From IMG/VR virus record IMGVR_UViG_3300029982_000015: a stretch of DNA of 64,000 nucleotides; one strand, written 5' to 3'. Shown here piece by piece: positions 45,753-55,452 of this stretch; position 1 is the first letter of the stretch, and the number at the start of each line of letters is the position of its first letter. The DNA comes from a virus (Duplodnaviria > Heunggongvirae > Uroviricota > Caudoviricetes). Below the pieces are notes generated by a model. That model was not told the DNA's origin. It worked only from the letters and a program-made list of their open reading frames with translations, and did no database searches. The position numbers and the translations under genes were made by a program.

Positions 45753-46199
45753 ATGGGTCGGTTCTATGAAACACACGAAGACCGTCTTGAGGCTGAACTG
45801 AAGTATGAAATCTCTGTCCGTGACCTAGTTCCGGCGGGGCACTGGTGGTTCGCAGGATGGACAAACTGGTTCGACGCCCCACCTCCGGCCAATGTCGAGG
45901 TCGAGTACATGTATACCGATGGACGCCGGTTTGGTATCAAAGTGTTTGAAGACCCGGCGAACACATGGTACTCCCCAGTTGCCTCTTGGTGGTGGCGTAT
46001 CCCGCCTATCGGCCTGTACTACAACCCTGACAACATGCCGCTGAAAACCTTCGTGCTGGTACGTGCCGACCTCGGACCACACTTCGCTACCGAGATGTGG
46101 GAACAGGCTCGCCGTCGCATGGAATGGGCACCGACTCCACTGCCCTACAACTCCGCTCTGGCTCGTATTCAACGTGGAGAACTGGTGCCGTTGCAATGA
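45753..46199 (+). CDS. Trp-rich hypothetical protein
   Basis: 148-aa ORF. Confidence 0.45.
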   Translation: MGRFYETHEDRLEAELKYEISVRDLVPAGHWWFAGWTNWFDAPPPANVEVEYMYTDGRRFGIKVFEDPANTWYSPVASWWWRIPPIGLYYNPDNMPLKTFVLVRADLGPHFATEMWEQARRRMEWAPTPLPYNSALARIQRGELVPLQ

Positions 46200-46229
46200 G
46201 GTTGCTTAACACCTTTAAGTTGAGACAAG

Positions 46230-46427
46230 ATGATTCGGAACATGGTTAACTTCCCTTTCCCTCAAGTCTGTGTCCACAATGTGGCCGGGAGTTTACTATC
46301 CATGCTGGAAGAGTACGGGGGCACCGATAATCTACCTCCTGAGGAACTGAAAGCGTTAGCCAGAGCCATCGTTAGGGCTGAGGACGATGAGTCGTATCGA
46401 ATACTCACAGCCATCATTGGAGAATAA
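46230..46427 (+). CDS. hypothetical protein
   Basis: 65-aa ORF. Confidence 0.35.
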   Translation: MIRNMVNFPFPQVCVHNVAGSLLSMLEEYGGTDNLPPEELKALARAIVRAEDDESYRILTAIIGE

Positions 46428-46428
46428 C

Positions 46429-46605
46429 ATGCCAAATTCCTTTAGTCAGCGTCTCGAACTCGCCAAGAACATTCCAGCCAAGGTGCAGGAATTTCTGCAC
46501 TCTTTGAACCGTCGCGAAGCCAGTGAACTATGGGATTGGCTGGACGCTGCCGGTACCGATGGTGGCCGTCTTCTCCAACATTTTGTCGAAAGGAAAATTA
46601 TCTGA
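46429..46605 (+). CDS. small hypothetical protein
   Basis: ATG 46429 immediately after the upstream stop. Confidence 0.35.
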   Translation: MPNSFSQRLELAKNIPAKVQEFLHSLNRREASELWDWLDAAGTDGGRLLQHFVERKII

Positions 46606-46849
46606 TGCTGACATCGCACATGCAGATGTACGGTATGCGGCAATGAGGAGCTTTGTAAGCAGGAGTCTTGCGAAAGCCGCCCGGTCGCTTGGTTTTCATG
46701 GGCCGACAAGGCCCGGTGTAAGGCCCATGAAATACAAACTGAACCACCCGTCTGGCTGGATGTCTGGGAATTGCCAGAGAAACATCCACACTTCATGCAC
46801 TAGCTTGGCATGTGAATGTGACTGCCATGGAAAAATTATTCCGAAAAAA

Positions 46850-46880
46850 GTAGCCAAAAAACCTACGAGTTCGGTATACT
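46850..46880 (+). promoter_or_regulatory. reiterated phage promoter; leaderless
   Basis: GTAGCCAAAAAACC...TCGGTATACT; ATG 46887 is 6 nt after the box. Confidence 0.55.
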
Positions 46881-46886
46881 AAGGTC

Positions 46887-47219
46887 ATGGCAAAGATAAC
46901 GGTACGTCCGGTAGGAGTTCGCAACGCAGATGTCGCCCACTGTGCAATCTGTGGTAGCAAGCGGTCAGCCGGATTTGGTACTTGCATCAACTTCTGCCAC
47001 TGGCTGTTGCCGGGGTGGATGGGCTGGAACGCCGTCCTCAAAGAAGTCGCCGTGAAGGACAATCGCGCTTTACCATTGGCCGCGATGCACAAGTGGGATG
47101 CTGAGAAGAGGCGCATTAAGGCTCCTTCCTTCCCGAAGCTGGTTGCCGCTGCTCGTTCGTTGGGCTGGGACGGTGACACCAACGCACCATCACAGCCGGT
47201 GTTTGTGGAGGCCGCATGA
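46887..47219 (+). CDS. Cys-containing hypothetical protein
   Basis: CAICGS...CINFCHW. Confidence 0.45.
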   Translation: MAKITVRPVGVRNADVAHCAICGSKRSAGFGTCINFCHWLLPGWMGWNAVLKEVAVKDNRALPLAAMHKWDAEKRRIKAPSFPKLVAAARSLGWDGDTNAPSQPVFVEAA

Positions 47220-47337
47220 GATTCTTCATAATTCTCGCTATCAGCACCCTTGCCAGCGATGGGTACATATTAACGGCCAAAGGGTTTTCACCTCTGGTTT
47301 GCTTTTTCTGGAGCATCCTCAGAGACAGGAAGGCGAG

Positions 47338-47709
47338 ATGAAAACGACCGCAGAAATTATCGGCTGGCTCAAGCTCAAGACCCGACTTGGTCGGCTCGTT
47401 CATGCCGTCTGCGAGAAGGAGTCCTCCGAGTCATGGAACCCGAACCCTGAGTGGGAACCTACTGACATCTCGCTGGGCGACATCGTAAGCGATTTGGAGA
47501 CCCTCCAAAAGCGTGAAAGCCCTGACTACGAGGCCAAGCGGTTGCTGGCGATGTCCGATGAGGAATTCAATGAACACCTTCGGTTCACCTTTCGCGTCGT
47601 GATGGCACGACACTCGTCATTCCCGGCTGTCCGTGCGCTCATGGAAATGACTCGGTTGGAAGTTATGGCCGAGGTGAACGAGGCGTTTAACATTATGAAG
47701 GAAAGGTAA
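47338..47709 (+). CDS. hypothetical protein
   Basis: ATG 47338 after an AGGAAGG SD; in frame with track ORF 47098. Confidence 0.45.
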   Translation: MKTTAEIIGWLKLKTRLGRLVHAVCEKESSESWNPNPEWEPTDISLGDIVSDLETLQKRESPDYEAKRLLAMSDEEFNEHLRFTFRVVMARHSSFPAVRALMEMTRLEVMAEVNEAFNIMKER

Positions 47710-48065
47710 TGACCTTGCGAATGGTATTGTCCATCATTCTTGCCGTCACTTTTGGGCTCCCGGCAGAAATCGGTTTCATCCGCTGGCCCGTTACCACGCT
47801 CATCGCTGTGTTGGTGGTAACGACGACCTTGTATGTGCTGGGTCGTAAGCTTCAGATACGAGAACTGGGTTTGCATCTCACCGACACCTACACGGCGTAT
47901 GCATTTCAGGCCGGTCGTCTCGGAATGCGTATCTGCCATCTGTGGGGTGGCAACTGGAACAAATGGGGACACAACCTCAAGTACCGTGTCACGTTTCAGT
48001 GGTTCCCAGCGTATACCGCAGACGTTGCGGCTGAAGGAGAGGTCGAGGATGGAAACTCTTTTTGA
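47709..48065 (+). CDS. membrane protein
   Basis: Two TM helices. Confidence 0.4.
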   Translation: MTLRMVLSIILAVTFGLPAEIGFIRWPVTTLIAVLVVTTTLYVLGRKLQIRELGLHLTDTYTAYAFQAGRLGMRICHLWGGNWNKWGHNLKYRVTFQWFPAYTADVAAEGEVEDGNSF

Positions 48066-48375
48066 AGTTCACTTTACTTCTGGTCTAATCGCAAAGGTTA
48101 ATGCCGAGAAGACCACACCCAAGATGGTGTTTGTCGAACGTGGATTCAAGTGTATCCGCCGTGAACCATGGGTCAACGCCTACTCCGGCTTCTACCGCAC
48201 CTTCCACGAGGCTCAGAAGGCCGGGAAGGATAGGTTTCAAACAGAGATTGATTCCTTGCTGGAGCGGTTGGCAAAGAAGATTATCCAGCACACCGCTATC
48301 ACCAACCTCGAAGAGGATTACGTTTACGACGCACCCGTGTTTCATAAACTGGACACTCGTGGCATCGAGATTTAG
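48049..48375 (+). CDS. hypothetical protein
   Basis: ATG 48049 (METLFEVHF...). Confidence 0.4.
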   Translation: METLFEVHFTSGLIAKVNAEKTTPKMVFVERGFKCIRREPWVNAYSGFYRTFHEAQKAGKDRFQTEIDSLLERLAKKIIQHTAITNLEEDYVYDAPVFHKLDTRGIEI

Positions 48376-48377
48376 CC

Positions 48378-48557
48378 ATGAAGACCAAGACCCTAAAGAA
48401 GACCGTCGTGACTATCGAACTCACCTGTCCTCACTGTGAGGAAACCATTGTGGCTCCGGGTGGCTCTTTGTTTTGGATGGTAGCTGAGTTACCTTTGACC
48501 GGAACACTTTTAACCTGCTTCGACTGTGGCAAGCAGTCGAAGACACCGAGGGCATGA
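48378..48557 (+). CDS. zinc-ribbon protein (59 aa)
   Basis: CPHCEE...CFDCGK. Confidence 0.35.
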   Translation: MKTKTLKKTVVTIELTCPHCEETIVAPGGSLFWMVAELPLTGTLLTCFDCGKQSKTPRA

Positions 48558-48988
48558 ATATGGATTTGGGACCGCTGAAATTCGTGGACAAGAACAAACC
48601 TGTAGACCTGTACGTTTTCATCGACGCATGGTCTCTTTCCGAAAAGGCACAACACGCTTACAACGAAGGCGAAGCCGAACGCGCTGGAAGACAGGCCGAG
48701 AAGGCCGCTACCACCATCTTCAGGGCGTACCCGGAACTCCGTGAAGCTCCTACCTACGAGGAGTTGATGACCGTTCTTGAGTCGGCTGAGCACAGCAAGA
48801 AAGAAGTGGTCAACACCTCCCTTCAGTTGGCCTACGTTATGCTTATTGCGACCGGGGCGTACAAAGCTGACATCCAATCTGCTCGACTCATCTTGAATGC
48901 CATTCATACCTTCAACCCCACGTTTTCGTATGGGTCGGAGCTTCTGGTTGTAAAGCCGGAGCCGGAGGCCGTTGATGCCACTGTCTAA
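48554..48988 (+). CDS. hypothetical protein
   Basis: 144-aa ORF. Confidence 0.45.
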   Translation: MNMDLGPLKFVDKNKPVDLYVFIDAWSLSEKAQHAYNEGEAERAGRQAEKAATTIFRAYPELREAPTYEELMTVLESAEHSKKEVVNTSLQLAYVMLIATGAYKADIQSARLILNAIHTFNPTFSYGSELLVVKPEPEAVDATV

Positions 48989-49298
48989 CCTTATCAAGCC
49001 CAACTGGTTTGTAAACCTCTATGAGAAGCCCGGACAGACAGAGTATGAAATTGGACCCATCGGGTTCCCGGATGGCGTCGTCAAGGTTTTGCGTCAATTC
49101 GTCTTGAATATCCTTGTGGAGCAGCCGCAAGGCACCGACCTTCCCGGCCTGAGCGATGAGGATAAGCGGCAGATTGCCGAACTGGTCGTCCTCGCTCCGA
49201 AGATGTTTGAAACTCTGCTGGAGATTGACCAGCGGGGCATGACAAGTGACCTCGGCTATCGCATTGATGCGTTCCGCCGTCAAATTGGTGATGAATGA
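48972..49298 (+). CDS. hypothetical protein
   Basis: 108-aa ORF. Confidence 0.45.
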   Translation: MMPLSNLIKPNWFVNLYEKPGQTEYEIGPIGFPDGVVKVLRQFVLNILVEQPQGTDLPGLSDEDKRQIAELVVLAPKMFETLLEIDQRGMTSDLGYRIDAFRRQIGDE

Positions 49299-49455
49299 AC
49301 CCACTGGAAGCTCTCAACTTCCCTGTGGTCTGCACCTACCCCGGCTGTGAGTCGGGGTTGCTCCACAATGCCATTGAAGTTGACGAGCACATCAGCGAGG
49401 AGCATCTGCTTGAGGCTGTCTGGACTTTCGCTCATGAACACATGGAAGGAAACGC

Positions 49456-49803
49456 ATGAATCAAGTTACGTTAAATCGTCAAGACCTGATTGCCAAACTC
49501 GAATGGATACTATGGGAGAATGACCACCCCACAGTCGAGAAGCCTGACCTTGTGAGTGTAATCGCTGTCTCCCTGCCAACCGACAAGTACACCGATGAGG
49601 AATTGGTTAAGCTCGTGGAATTTGCCGAGGAGCGCAACGCCATATACGACCGAATGTTTCGGTATCGTCGTGGTTGCAACATGATTGTCATCGACAAGCA
49701 GGGCGAGGATAGGTGGCTCCGCAAGCGTATGAGTTGGGAATATGGCCCAATGTTCTCGCCTTCATTGGATGAAGCCCTCGCAATATTCAGGAGAGGGATA
49801 TGA
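49456..49803 (+). CDS. hypothetical protein
   Basis: 115-aa ORF. Confidence 0.45.
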   Translation: MNQVTLNRQDLIAKLEWILWENDHPTVEKPDLVSVIAVSLPTDKYTDEELVKLVEFAEERNAIYDRMFRYRRGCNMIVIDKQGEDRWLRKRMSWEYGPMFSPSLDEALAIFRRGI

Positions 49804-49960
49804 TTTTCACTCCCGTGGAAAAGCAAATCATCATCGACGCTCTTAATGAGCAGATTGAATCCGACCGTAAGATTGCAAAAAAGAACCCCGGCACGGCTGG
49901 GTACGCCGCTCGAAATATTGAGCGTCGTGAGGAACTCATCAAGAAAGTGGAGAGTCTCTG

Positions 49961-50698
49961 ATGCCTAAAAAAGGGGACGAAGTTAAGGGCACGAAGAAAA
50001 TGCCTCGGGTGCCTAAGAAGAAGGTTGTAACACCAGCCTCCATCGATGCAGAAATTGCTAAGCTTCAAGTGCAATGGGGTGAAGTCCGTGCTGCGTTGGC
50101 CCCGCTAGAAGAGAAGGCTTCCCGGCTGTACAACCGGGTAGCAAAGCTGACCGAACAGAGAGATAAACTGATACTTTCCAAGGGAAAGGGAATTGACTGG
50201 GCGTGGCTGCTTAATACCTACCCCGAGTCCACCGCCAAGCACAATTTCCGTCGTGAGCAGTTCCGCAAGCTGGGTTTGATGGACCCATTCGGGCATTGGA
50301 TGGACACCAAGCAAACTGCTGTGAAAATCGGTCTTGATAAACAGAACTCGAAGACATTCCATTGGCGCAACGATAAGCAGCTTAAGGCAGTCCAGAAGCT
50401 CCTGCCTTTCATCAAAGTTGGAGATAAAGGCTGCAAGAGGATTGACATCTTCGAGCACACCTTGTCGGCGAGCGGCAGCTACTGGCTGGAGTTCTACGAG
50501 GCTCCGCGTGATGTCAAGAGTAACCCCAAGGGGTATGAGTATTGCATCCAACTTGGACAGAGCTTCGGAAAGCCGGTGCGGTTTAACACCATCGAGGAAG
50601 CGTTCGAGTACGTGAGAAAGCACCACTGGTATGAGTCGAGCGACCCGGATGATTACGAACACGACCACGATTGTGATTGTTCACACTGCGAGGACTAA
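49961..50698 (+). CDS. hypothetical protein with C-terminal His/Cys/Asp cluster
   Basis: 245 aa; C-terminal DPDDYEHDHDCDCSHCED. Confidence 0.45.
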   Translation: MPKKGDEVKGTKKMPRVPKKKVVTPASIDAEIAKLQVQWGEVRAALAPLEEKASRLYNRVAKLTEQRDKLILSKGKGIDWAWLLNTYPESTAKHNFRREQFRKLGLMDPFGHWMDTKQTAVKIGLDKQNSKTFHWRNDKQLKAVQKLLPFIKVGDKGCKRIDIFEHTLSASGSYWLEFYEAPRDVKSNPKGYEYCIQLGQSFGKPVRFNTIEEAFEYVRKHHWYESSDPDDYEHDHDCDCSHCED

Positions 50699-50879
50699 TT
50701 CATGGAACAGAAAGGATAACGTGGAAAACATCGCAATGGGGAGAGCACCGGAATATGGAAGACTTGGTTGTCCTTGCCCTCGGCCTGAAGTTGGGTGACT
50801 ACCTACTACCCCGCGAGGTATGGTCGTCGTTTCCGGGTAGGATGCCCTATGTTGTATTCGATGTCTCTCAGGAGTCCTG

Positions 50880-51089
50880 ATGAATGACGGTTGGGTTAGT
50901 GTGTATCAAGAAGTCCCTGCTGCCGGTCAAACGGTTGAGATTTGCGTTGGCAATAGCCCTACTGCCATCGAAGGAGGAATTCAGGGAGTGTGCAAAGTGA
51001 AGGTCTCTCCCCCTCTCGGGGAGGATTGGATATTCACAGGGCGAAGCGGTGAAAAACAGTACATTCTGTATTGGCGAAGAGTGCAGTAA
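50880..51089 (+). CDS. hypothetical protein
   Basis: 69-aa ORF. Confidence 0.35.
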   Translation: MNDGWVSVYQEVPAAGQTVEICVGNSPTAIEGGIQGVCKVKVSPPLGEDWIFTGRSGEKQYILYWRRVQ

Positions 51090-51104
51090 AAGAGGAGAAA
51101 ACGA

Positions 51105-51473
51105 ATGTCAATGTCAACACACATCGTAGGCTTTCGTCCACCGGACGAAAAATGGCATCAAATGAAAGCTATTTATGATGCTTGCACCAAAGCGGAAGTG
51201 AAAATACCTGATGAGGTCGATGAATTCTTCAACTTCGAACCACCTGACCATCAAGGCGTGAAAGTGGATTTAGAAGTGGACGAGGTAGATGAGCCTCAGT
51301 TCACAATCAACGGCGGAGGTTTCAAGGTACCTGCCCCGCCATCAAACAAGCCCAAGAAAAAGAAGCTTGGTGCTGTGACACCGTGGCGTGATGACATGCA
51401 GGAGGGCTTCGAGGTCGATGTGACCAAACTGCCCAAAAATATCACTGTCATTCGCTTCTACAACTCGTGGTGA
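51105..51473 (+). CDS. hypothetical protein
   Basis: 122-aa ORF with GAGGAGAAAACGA SD. Confidence 0.45.
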   Translation: MSMSTHIVGFRPPDEKWHQMKAIYDACTKAEVKIPDEVDEFFNFEPPDHQGVKVDLEVDEVDEPQFTINGGGFKVPAPPSNKPKKKKLGAVTPWRDDMQEGFEVDVTKLPKNITVIRFYNSW

Positions 51474-51764
51474 GGTCATGACCAAGAAAAAGAAAGGCAC
51501 GTTCTCAAAAGTCACGCAGGTCAAAAAAATGTCCCGTGAGGCCATCGGAGTCGTGCCTTCCACCAAAGTGGTGCCTCAGGGAGTTGACCGGGCGACCAAG
51601 GGTATTGTAAAACATCCAAAGAGAGCGTTGGAGAAAGAGTTGGAATCATGAAAAAGACGGTGAAGAAATCGGCTGTGACACCACCACCAAGACCACAGCC
51701 GAAACCTGTTGACCTGCTTCACATCAAACCGAACCCACACCTGTCGTGCTTGTATCAGGGGTAG

Positions 51765-52808
51765 TTACCAGCGGTAGATGGTTAGTTGACGAGCATAAAC
51801 AGTGATGGGAAGTCCTGTGCTTTGAGCCGGGTCGATCTGGAAATTTACCACCAAAGCACCCATTGCCCATTTCAAAGCCTGCTCCTCGAAGGTGGTCGTG
51901 TTGATTTCGTTGACCACGCCGTCGAATGCCACCCAGTGATAGGTCACACTCCCCAAATCATCACGAGACGTGTAAATCTGAACGTGATGCCATGTGTTGG
52001 CTGTCCAGTTCTTCACGTTGCACGGAAGCTTTGAGGGCACCCACTTCGGTGCCAACGCTCCGCCATTGTTGGAAACGTAGGAATAATCCCACGTGCTAGA
52101 CCATTTAGAACACTGGAACGCATAGATTACAGTGTTTCCGTTAGTTGTCACCTGATTCATGTCCAGTTCAAGGTTGCCGACCAGTGATGGTGTCGGAACC
52201 TGTATCCACACGTCATAGATGAAATTGTGGCTGGAAGTGTCCTTGGCAAAGTTAATGGAGCAACGCTCTCCTCCATAATTTGAGTAGCTAGTGACCTCAT
52301 ACTTCTGCACATCGGTGTACCCACCCTCCGTAACCGGGTAGGTCATGACTGCTGTGGATGAGCCACTGGTGCCTAAGTCGTGCTGACACTTCCATAACGA
52401 GTTTCCAGTAAGATTACCCGAAGAGATTGCATAAGACGGGATAAGAGAAACCGGAGGCTTGACCACGATGAGGTTGATGTCGTTAACGCATACGGTACCC
52501 TTGCCCCACGCTTTGATACGCAGTGTATGGCTTCCCGCACTTATAGTTGCTTCTTCGTTCAGAGCTTGACCAGCTTTGGCCATCACGGTCGGCAATGAAT
52601 CGAATGAGTAGCCCATCGACACAACTGGCTTACCATTGCACGAGGTTGCAGTGGCTGCGATGGGGAATGTGGTCTGCACTGTGGCAGCGTTCTGTGGAGT
52701 GGATACTGAAACTGCCATTGTAGAAAGAGAGGATAGAAAAAGAGATACAACTGTAAACAACTTTAAGAACCGCATTTTTACTGCTCCTTGGGTCTTTCTA
52801 TCGTTCAC
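51765..52808 (-). CDS. secreted beta-rich protein (signal peptide; possibly carbohydrate-binding)
   Basis: MRFLKLFTVVSLFLSSLSTMAVSV signal peptide (true start perhaps at 52775); W/Y/N/S/T-rich. Confidence 0.5.
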   Translation of the reverse strand: MNDRKTQGAVKMRFLKLFTVVSLFLSSLSTMAVSVSTPQNAATVQTTFPIAATATSCNGKPVVSMGYSFDSLPTVMAKAGQALNEEATISAGSHTLRIKAWGKGTVCVNDINLIVVKPPVSLIPSYAISSGNLTGNSLWKCQHDLGTSGSSTAVMTYPVTEGGYTDVQKYEVTSYSNYGGERCSINFAKDTSSHNFIYDVWIQVPTPSLVGNLELDMNQVTTNGNTVIYAFQCSKWSSTWDYSYVSNNGGALAPKWVPSKLPCNVKNWTANTWHHVQIYTSRDDLGSVTYHWVAFDGVVNEINTTTFEEQALKWAMGALVVNFQIDPAQSTGLPITVYARQLTIYRW

Positions 52809-52830
52809 ATATGAGTTCCGTATTTAGATG

Positions 52831-53268
52831 TTATAGTGGTTGTAGCCACAGCTTTATAGGGTGGTTGTAGCCACAGCTTTGAGTGTTGCCTGATTTTAGC
52901 GAACCCGTCCGGACAGTGGTGTACCGGCCACATACACAGCGGCACTTCCATTGCTTCTGGCTCCGGTAATGCTCAGCTTCTGACTCGACCGTGAGATGCC
53001 CAAAGGTCTGGCCGATGAGTTCTCGTTGAGCCCACCGCTGTTTACCAGCTTCGCTGATGAGACACCCACAGCTACGTATGTTTCCACTTTTGAGGGCAGA
53101 GGTTGTGACTCTAGATGTGTTGCCACACTCACACTGACAGTTCCAAAGCTTCTTACCCCTCCGCAAGGGTGCCTTGGATACGACCGTTAGTCGGTTGAAT
53201 ACTTGTCCGGGTGTAAGTTCTTGACTGTCCCAGTATCTCTTGTTACCGGCGTGCCATGCAGCCTTCAT
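52831..53268 (-). CDS. protein with two tandem WxCxCxCG...SCG zinc-ribbon repeats
   Basis: FNRLTVVSKA...WNCQCECGNTSRVTTSALKSGNIRSCGC, then FGHLTVESEA...WKCRCVCGRYTTVRTGSLKSGNTQSCGY. Same module as in 18605..19336. Start taken at an internal Met to avoid overlapping 53345..54085. Confidence 0.4.
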   Translation of the reverse strand: MKAAWHAGNKRYWDSQELTPGQVFNRLTVVSKAPLRRGKKLWNCQCECGNTSRVTTSALKSGNIRSCGCLISEAGKQRWAQRELIGQTFGHLTVESEAEHYRSQKQWKCRCVCGRYTTVRTGSLKSGNTQSCGYNHPIKLWLQPL

Positions 53269-53344
53269 TGCATCGGTGAACAGGCCTGTATAACCTTCTC
53301 CACCCTTGCAGATGTTGTAGCCAACCTCGGTATCTTTTCGTTCA

Positions 53345-54085
53345 TCAGCGGTTCGCACGCGACACAAACATGTGGCCGAAGTTCGGGTCTTCTATGTCCA
53401 TACGGAACTGGCCGAGGATGCCGGGATCACTGCGATAAAGGTGACCCATCTTCTGCGCTTTGCGTTTAGAGAAGCCGACGCCGACCGCGCTCACCTTATC
53501 AATTAGACTATGCACCCAAGCTGCTGTAGCTGCTTCCTTGCCGTCCTTGGAGTCCATGAGGGCCTTGGATGCCCGTGACATCGCTCGACGCACGTCAGGT
53601 CGGTGTAGGCCGAAATGGAGGGCTACCTGTTGAAAGTTTCGGCACCTGACATACTCCATAATGACTTTAGATAGGGGAGCTTTATCCAGTGAATTTTCCA
53701 ACCCCGCTTTGTCTAAAACCTCATGCAGTAGTTCTTCGGTGGGCTCTCCGCCGACCAGCATAAACGTCCCCAAAGTTCTGACTGCCATCCTGATACGGAA
53801 GCTGCATACTGTTTGAGTTGACTTATGTATGATGGCTAGGGTGTTTTGCGTCTTGCTAAGAAGGTAGTAACTGAGCAATAACTCCTGATCCTCTCTTTTT
53901 AAGAATCTAAGTGTCTTTAAAAAACGGTCAAAGTTCTCTCCAATGAAACTCAAAATATCATCTTCGGCCAAGTCGGCCTGAGTTTCAAGACTAATAGTTG
54001 TAGCCCCTTCTAGCTGTTCGTCCTCGTCCAGAAGCATTGCCCGAATCGAAGTGATGCTTTCAAAATACGGTGTGTTTTCGCTCAT
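53345..54085 (-). CDS. sigma-factor-like protein (region-4-like HTH)
   Basis: LKREDQELLLSYYLLSKTQNTLAIIHKSTQTVCSFRIRMAVRTL resembles sigma70 region 4 (ReReVL.LRYgl...Tl.EIa...g.s.erVRQi..rAl.kL). Confidence 0.35.
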   Translation of the reverse strand: MSENTPYFESITSIRAMLLDEDEQLEGATTISLETQADLAEDDILSFIGENFDRFLKTLRFLKREDQELLLSYYLLSKTQNTLAIIHKSTQTVCSFRIRMAVRTLGTFMLVGGEPTEELLHEVLDKAGLENSLDKAPLSKVIMEYVRCRNFQQVALHFGLHRPDVRRAMSRASKALMDSKDGKEAATAAWVHSLIDKVSAVGVGFSKRKAQKMGHLYRSDPGILGQFRMDIEDPNFGHMFVSRANR

Positions 54086-54250
54086 TTTCCCATTCTTATT
54101 GACAAATTTTAGATTTGTGGTAATCTACGTATAAGGCAGCGTGTGTCTTGAACCGCCTCGTACTGTACCTTAATACTGAGGTAAGAGTACCTTTGAGCAA
54201 TAAAAAAGCGGCCTTGTGGGCCGCTTTTTTCAGTTGTACCGTAGTGTGGT

Positions 54251-55261
54251 TTAGCTGTGCTTCAGAGCGAGGATGCTTACACCGATGTTGTAGCGACCCG
54301 GATTGACAAACCCCGGCTGGTAACCCCCTGTAGGGAGCAACGCTGGTCCGCCAACCGCAGTGCCTGTATCTACACCGCTGCTCACGTTAGCATGAGTGAA
54401 GGCTGCGGTAAAGGTTGAACCAGTGGAACCTGTTACTGTCACAGTCTGGCCGTTCAGAAAGGTGTTCGTGGTAAGACCTGCAAGCAGGACTGTAGCCCCT
54501 GTCTGGAGGGTGTTAGTTCCAGTGACTGTCAACACATTTGAAGTGATAGCAATATCAGCAATGGTGACCGTCTGAGAAGCAATGGAGCCACCAGTAAGGA
54601 ACCCGCTGACGTGGTAGTCATTCGCAGTGCCGTTGATTCGACCGGAGTCAAGAAGGGTGAAACCAGAGGGAACAGAAATGGAACCTGTCTTACGAGCGTG
54701 CCCAACAAGGAAAACCAAATCGCCAGTTGCAGTAGTAGTGATGGAGGGGGCTACGGCAGGGTTAGCATTAGACTCTTGACTGTTATGTCCGTCGAGAGGG
54801 CTGGTGGAGATGCCAGAGAACTCATACACCTGAGCATTGAGCCCATGATTAAAGGTCGGTCTTCCTGTAACATCAGCAACAGTGACGTTGAAATACTGAT
54901 TACCGCCAGCGACGTTTGCCGCATAGTAAAGATAGGTAGTCGAGTAGTAACCAAGGTCGCCGTCAAAATTGATGAGGCTGTCAATGATCGAGAATGTGTT
55001 GCCAAGGTTATCCTTAACAACTGGAGGGGCGGTTACAAGAGTTGAACCGTCGATACGATCTGCCCCAGCAGCCATCTGAGTAACGCTGAAAGGATCGGTA
55101 ACTTTAGCAGCCTCAATTGCGATGACGAGGCAGTTACCTGCCGTTGCCGTGGTAGGTAATGCCACCTGAAGTGCATTGGTAGCATAGACAACCGAGTTTT
55201 TGCCTTTTTGAACCAGTGTTGGAATTGCCATAGTAGTCTCCTTACAGTGCCCAAACGGCAC
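54251..55261 (-). CDS. tail-fibre/virion-surface-like G/T/S/N-rich beta protein
   Basis: 336 aa, low-complexity T/G/S/V composition typical of phage fibre proteins. Confidence 0.45.
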   Translation of the reverse strand: MPFGHCKETTMAIPTLVQKGKNSVVYATNALQVALPTTATAGNCLVIAIEAAKVTDPFSVTQMAAGADRIDGSTLVTAPPVVKDNLGNTFSIIDSLINFDGDLGYYSTTYLYYAANVAGGNQYFNVTVADVTGRPTFNHGLNAQVYEFSGISTSPLDGHNSQESNANPAVAPSITTTATGDLVFLVGHARKTGSISVPSGFTLLDSGRINGTANDYHVSGFLTGGSIASQTVTIADIAITSNVLTVTGTNTLQTGATVLLAGLTTNTFLNGQTVTVTGSTGSTFTAAFTHANVSSGVDTGTAVGGPALLPTGGYQPGFVNPGRYNIGVSILALKHS

Positions 55262-55452
55262 AGTCTCTATTTAGGTTTATGAAAGTTCAAATAGTGTATG
55301 GCCGATTGTAAATTATTGATGCTTTCCTGCCTTAAGGCTACACTTGCCAAAATTATTAGGTGGCGACCCATGTTATTGATTCGCCGTCTGACCCGCCACC
55401 CTTAATACCTAAGCCGAACACGAGTCCGACTACATCAGTTGACCGGCGAAAC

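Noticed and set aside
46523-46882. 119-aa + strand ORF overlapping 46429-46605 and the promoter at 46850-46880
   Set aside because: It overlaps a better-placed small gene and extends across a promoter element; probably non-coding
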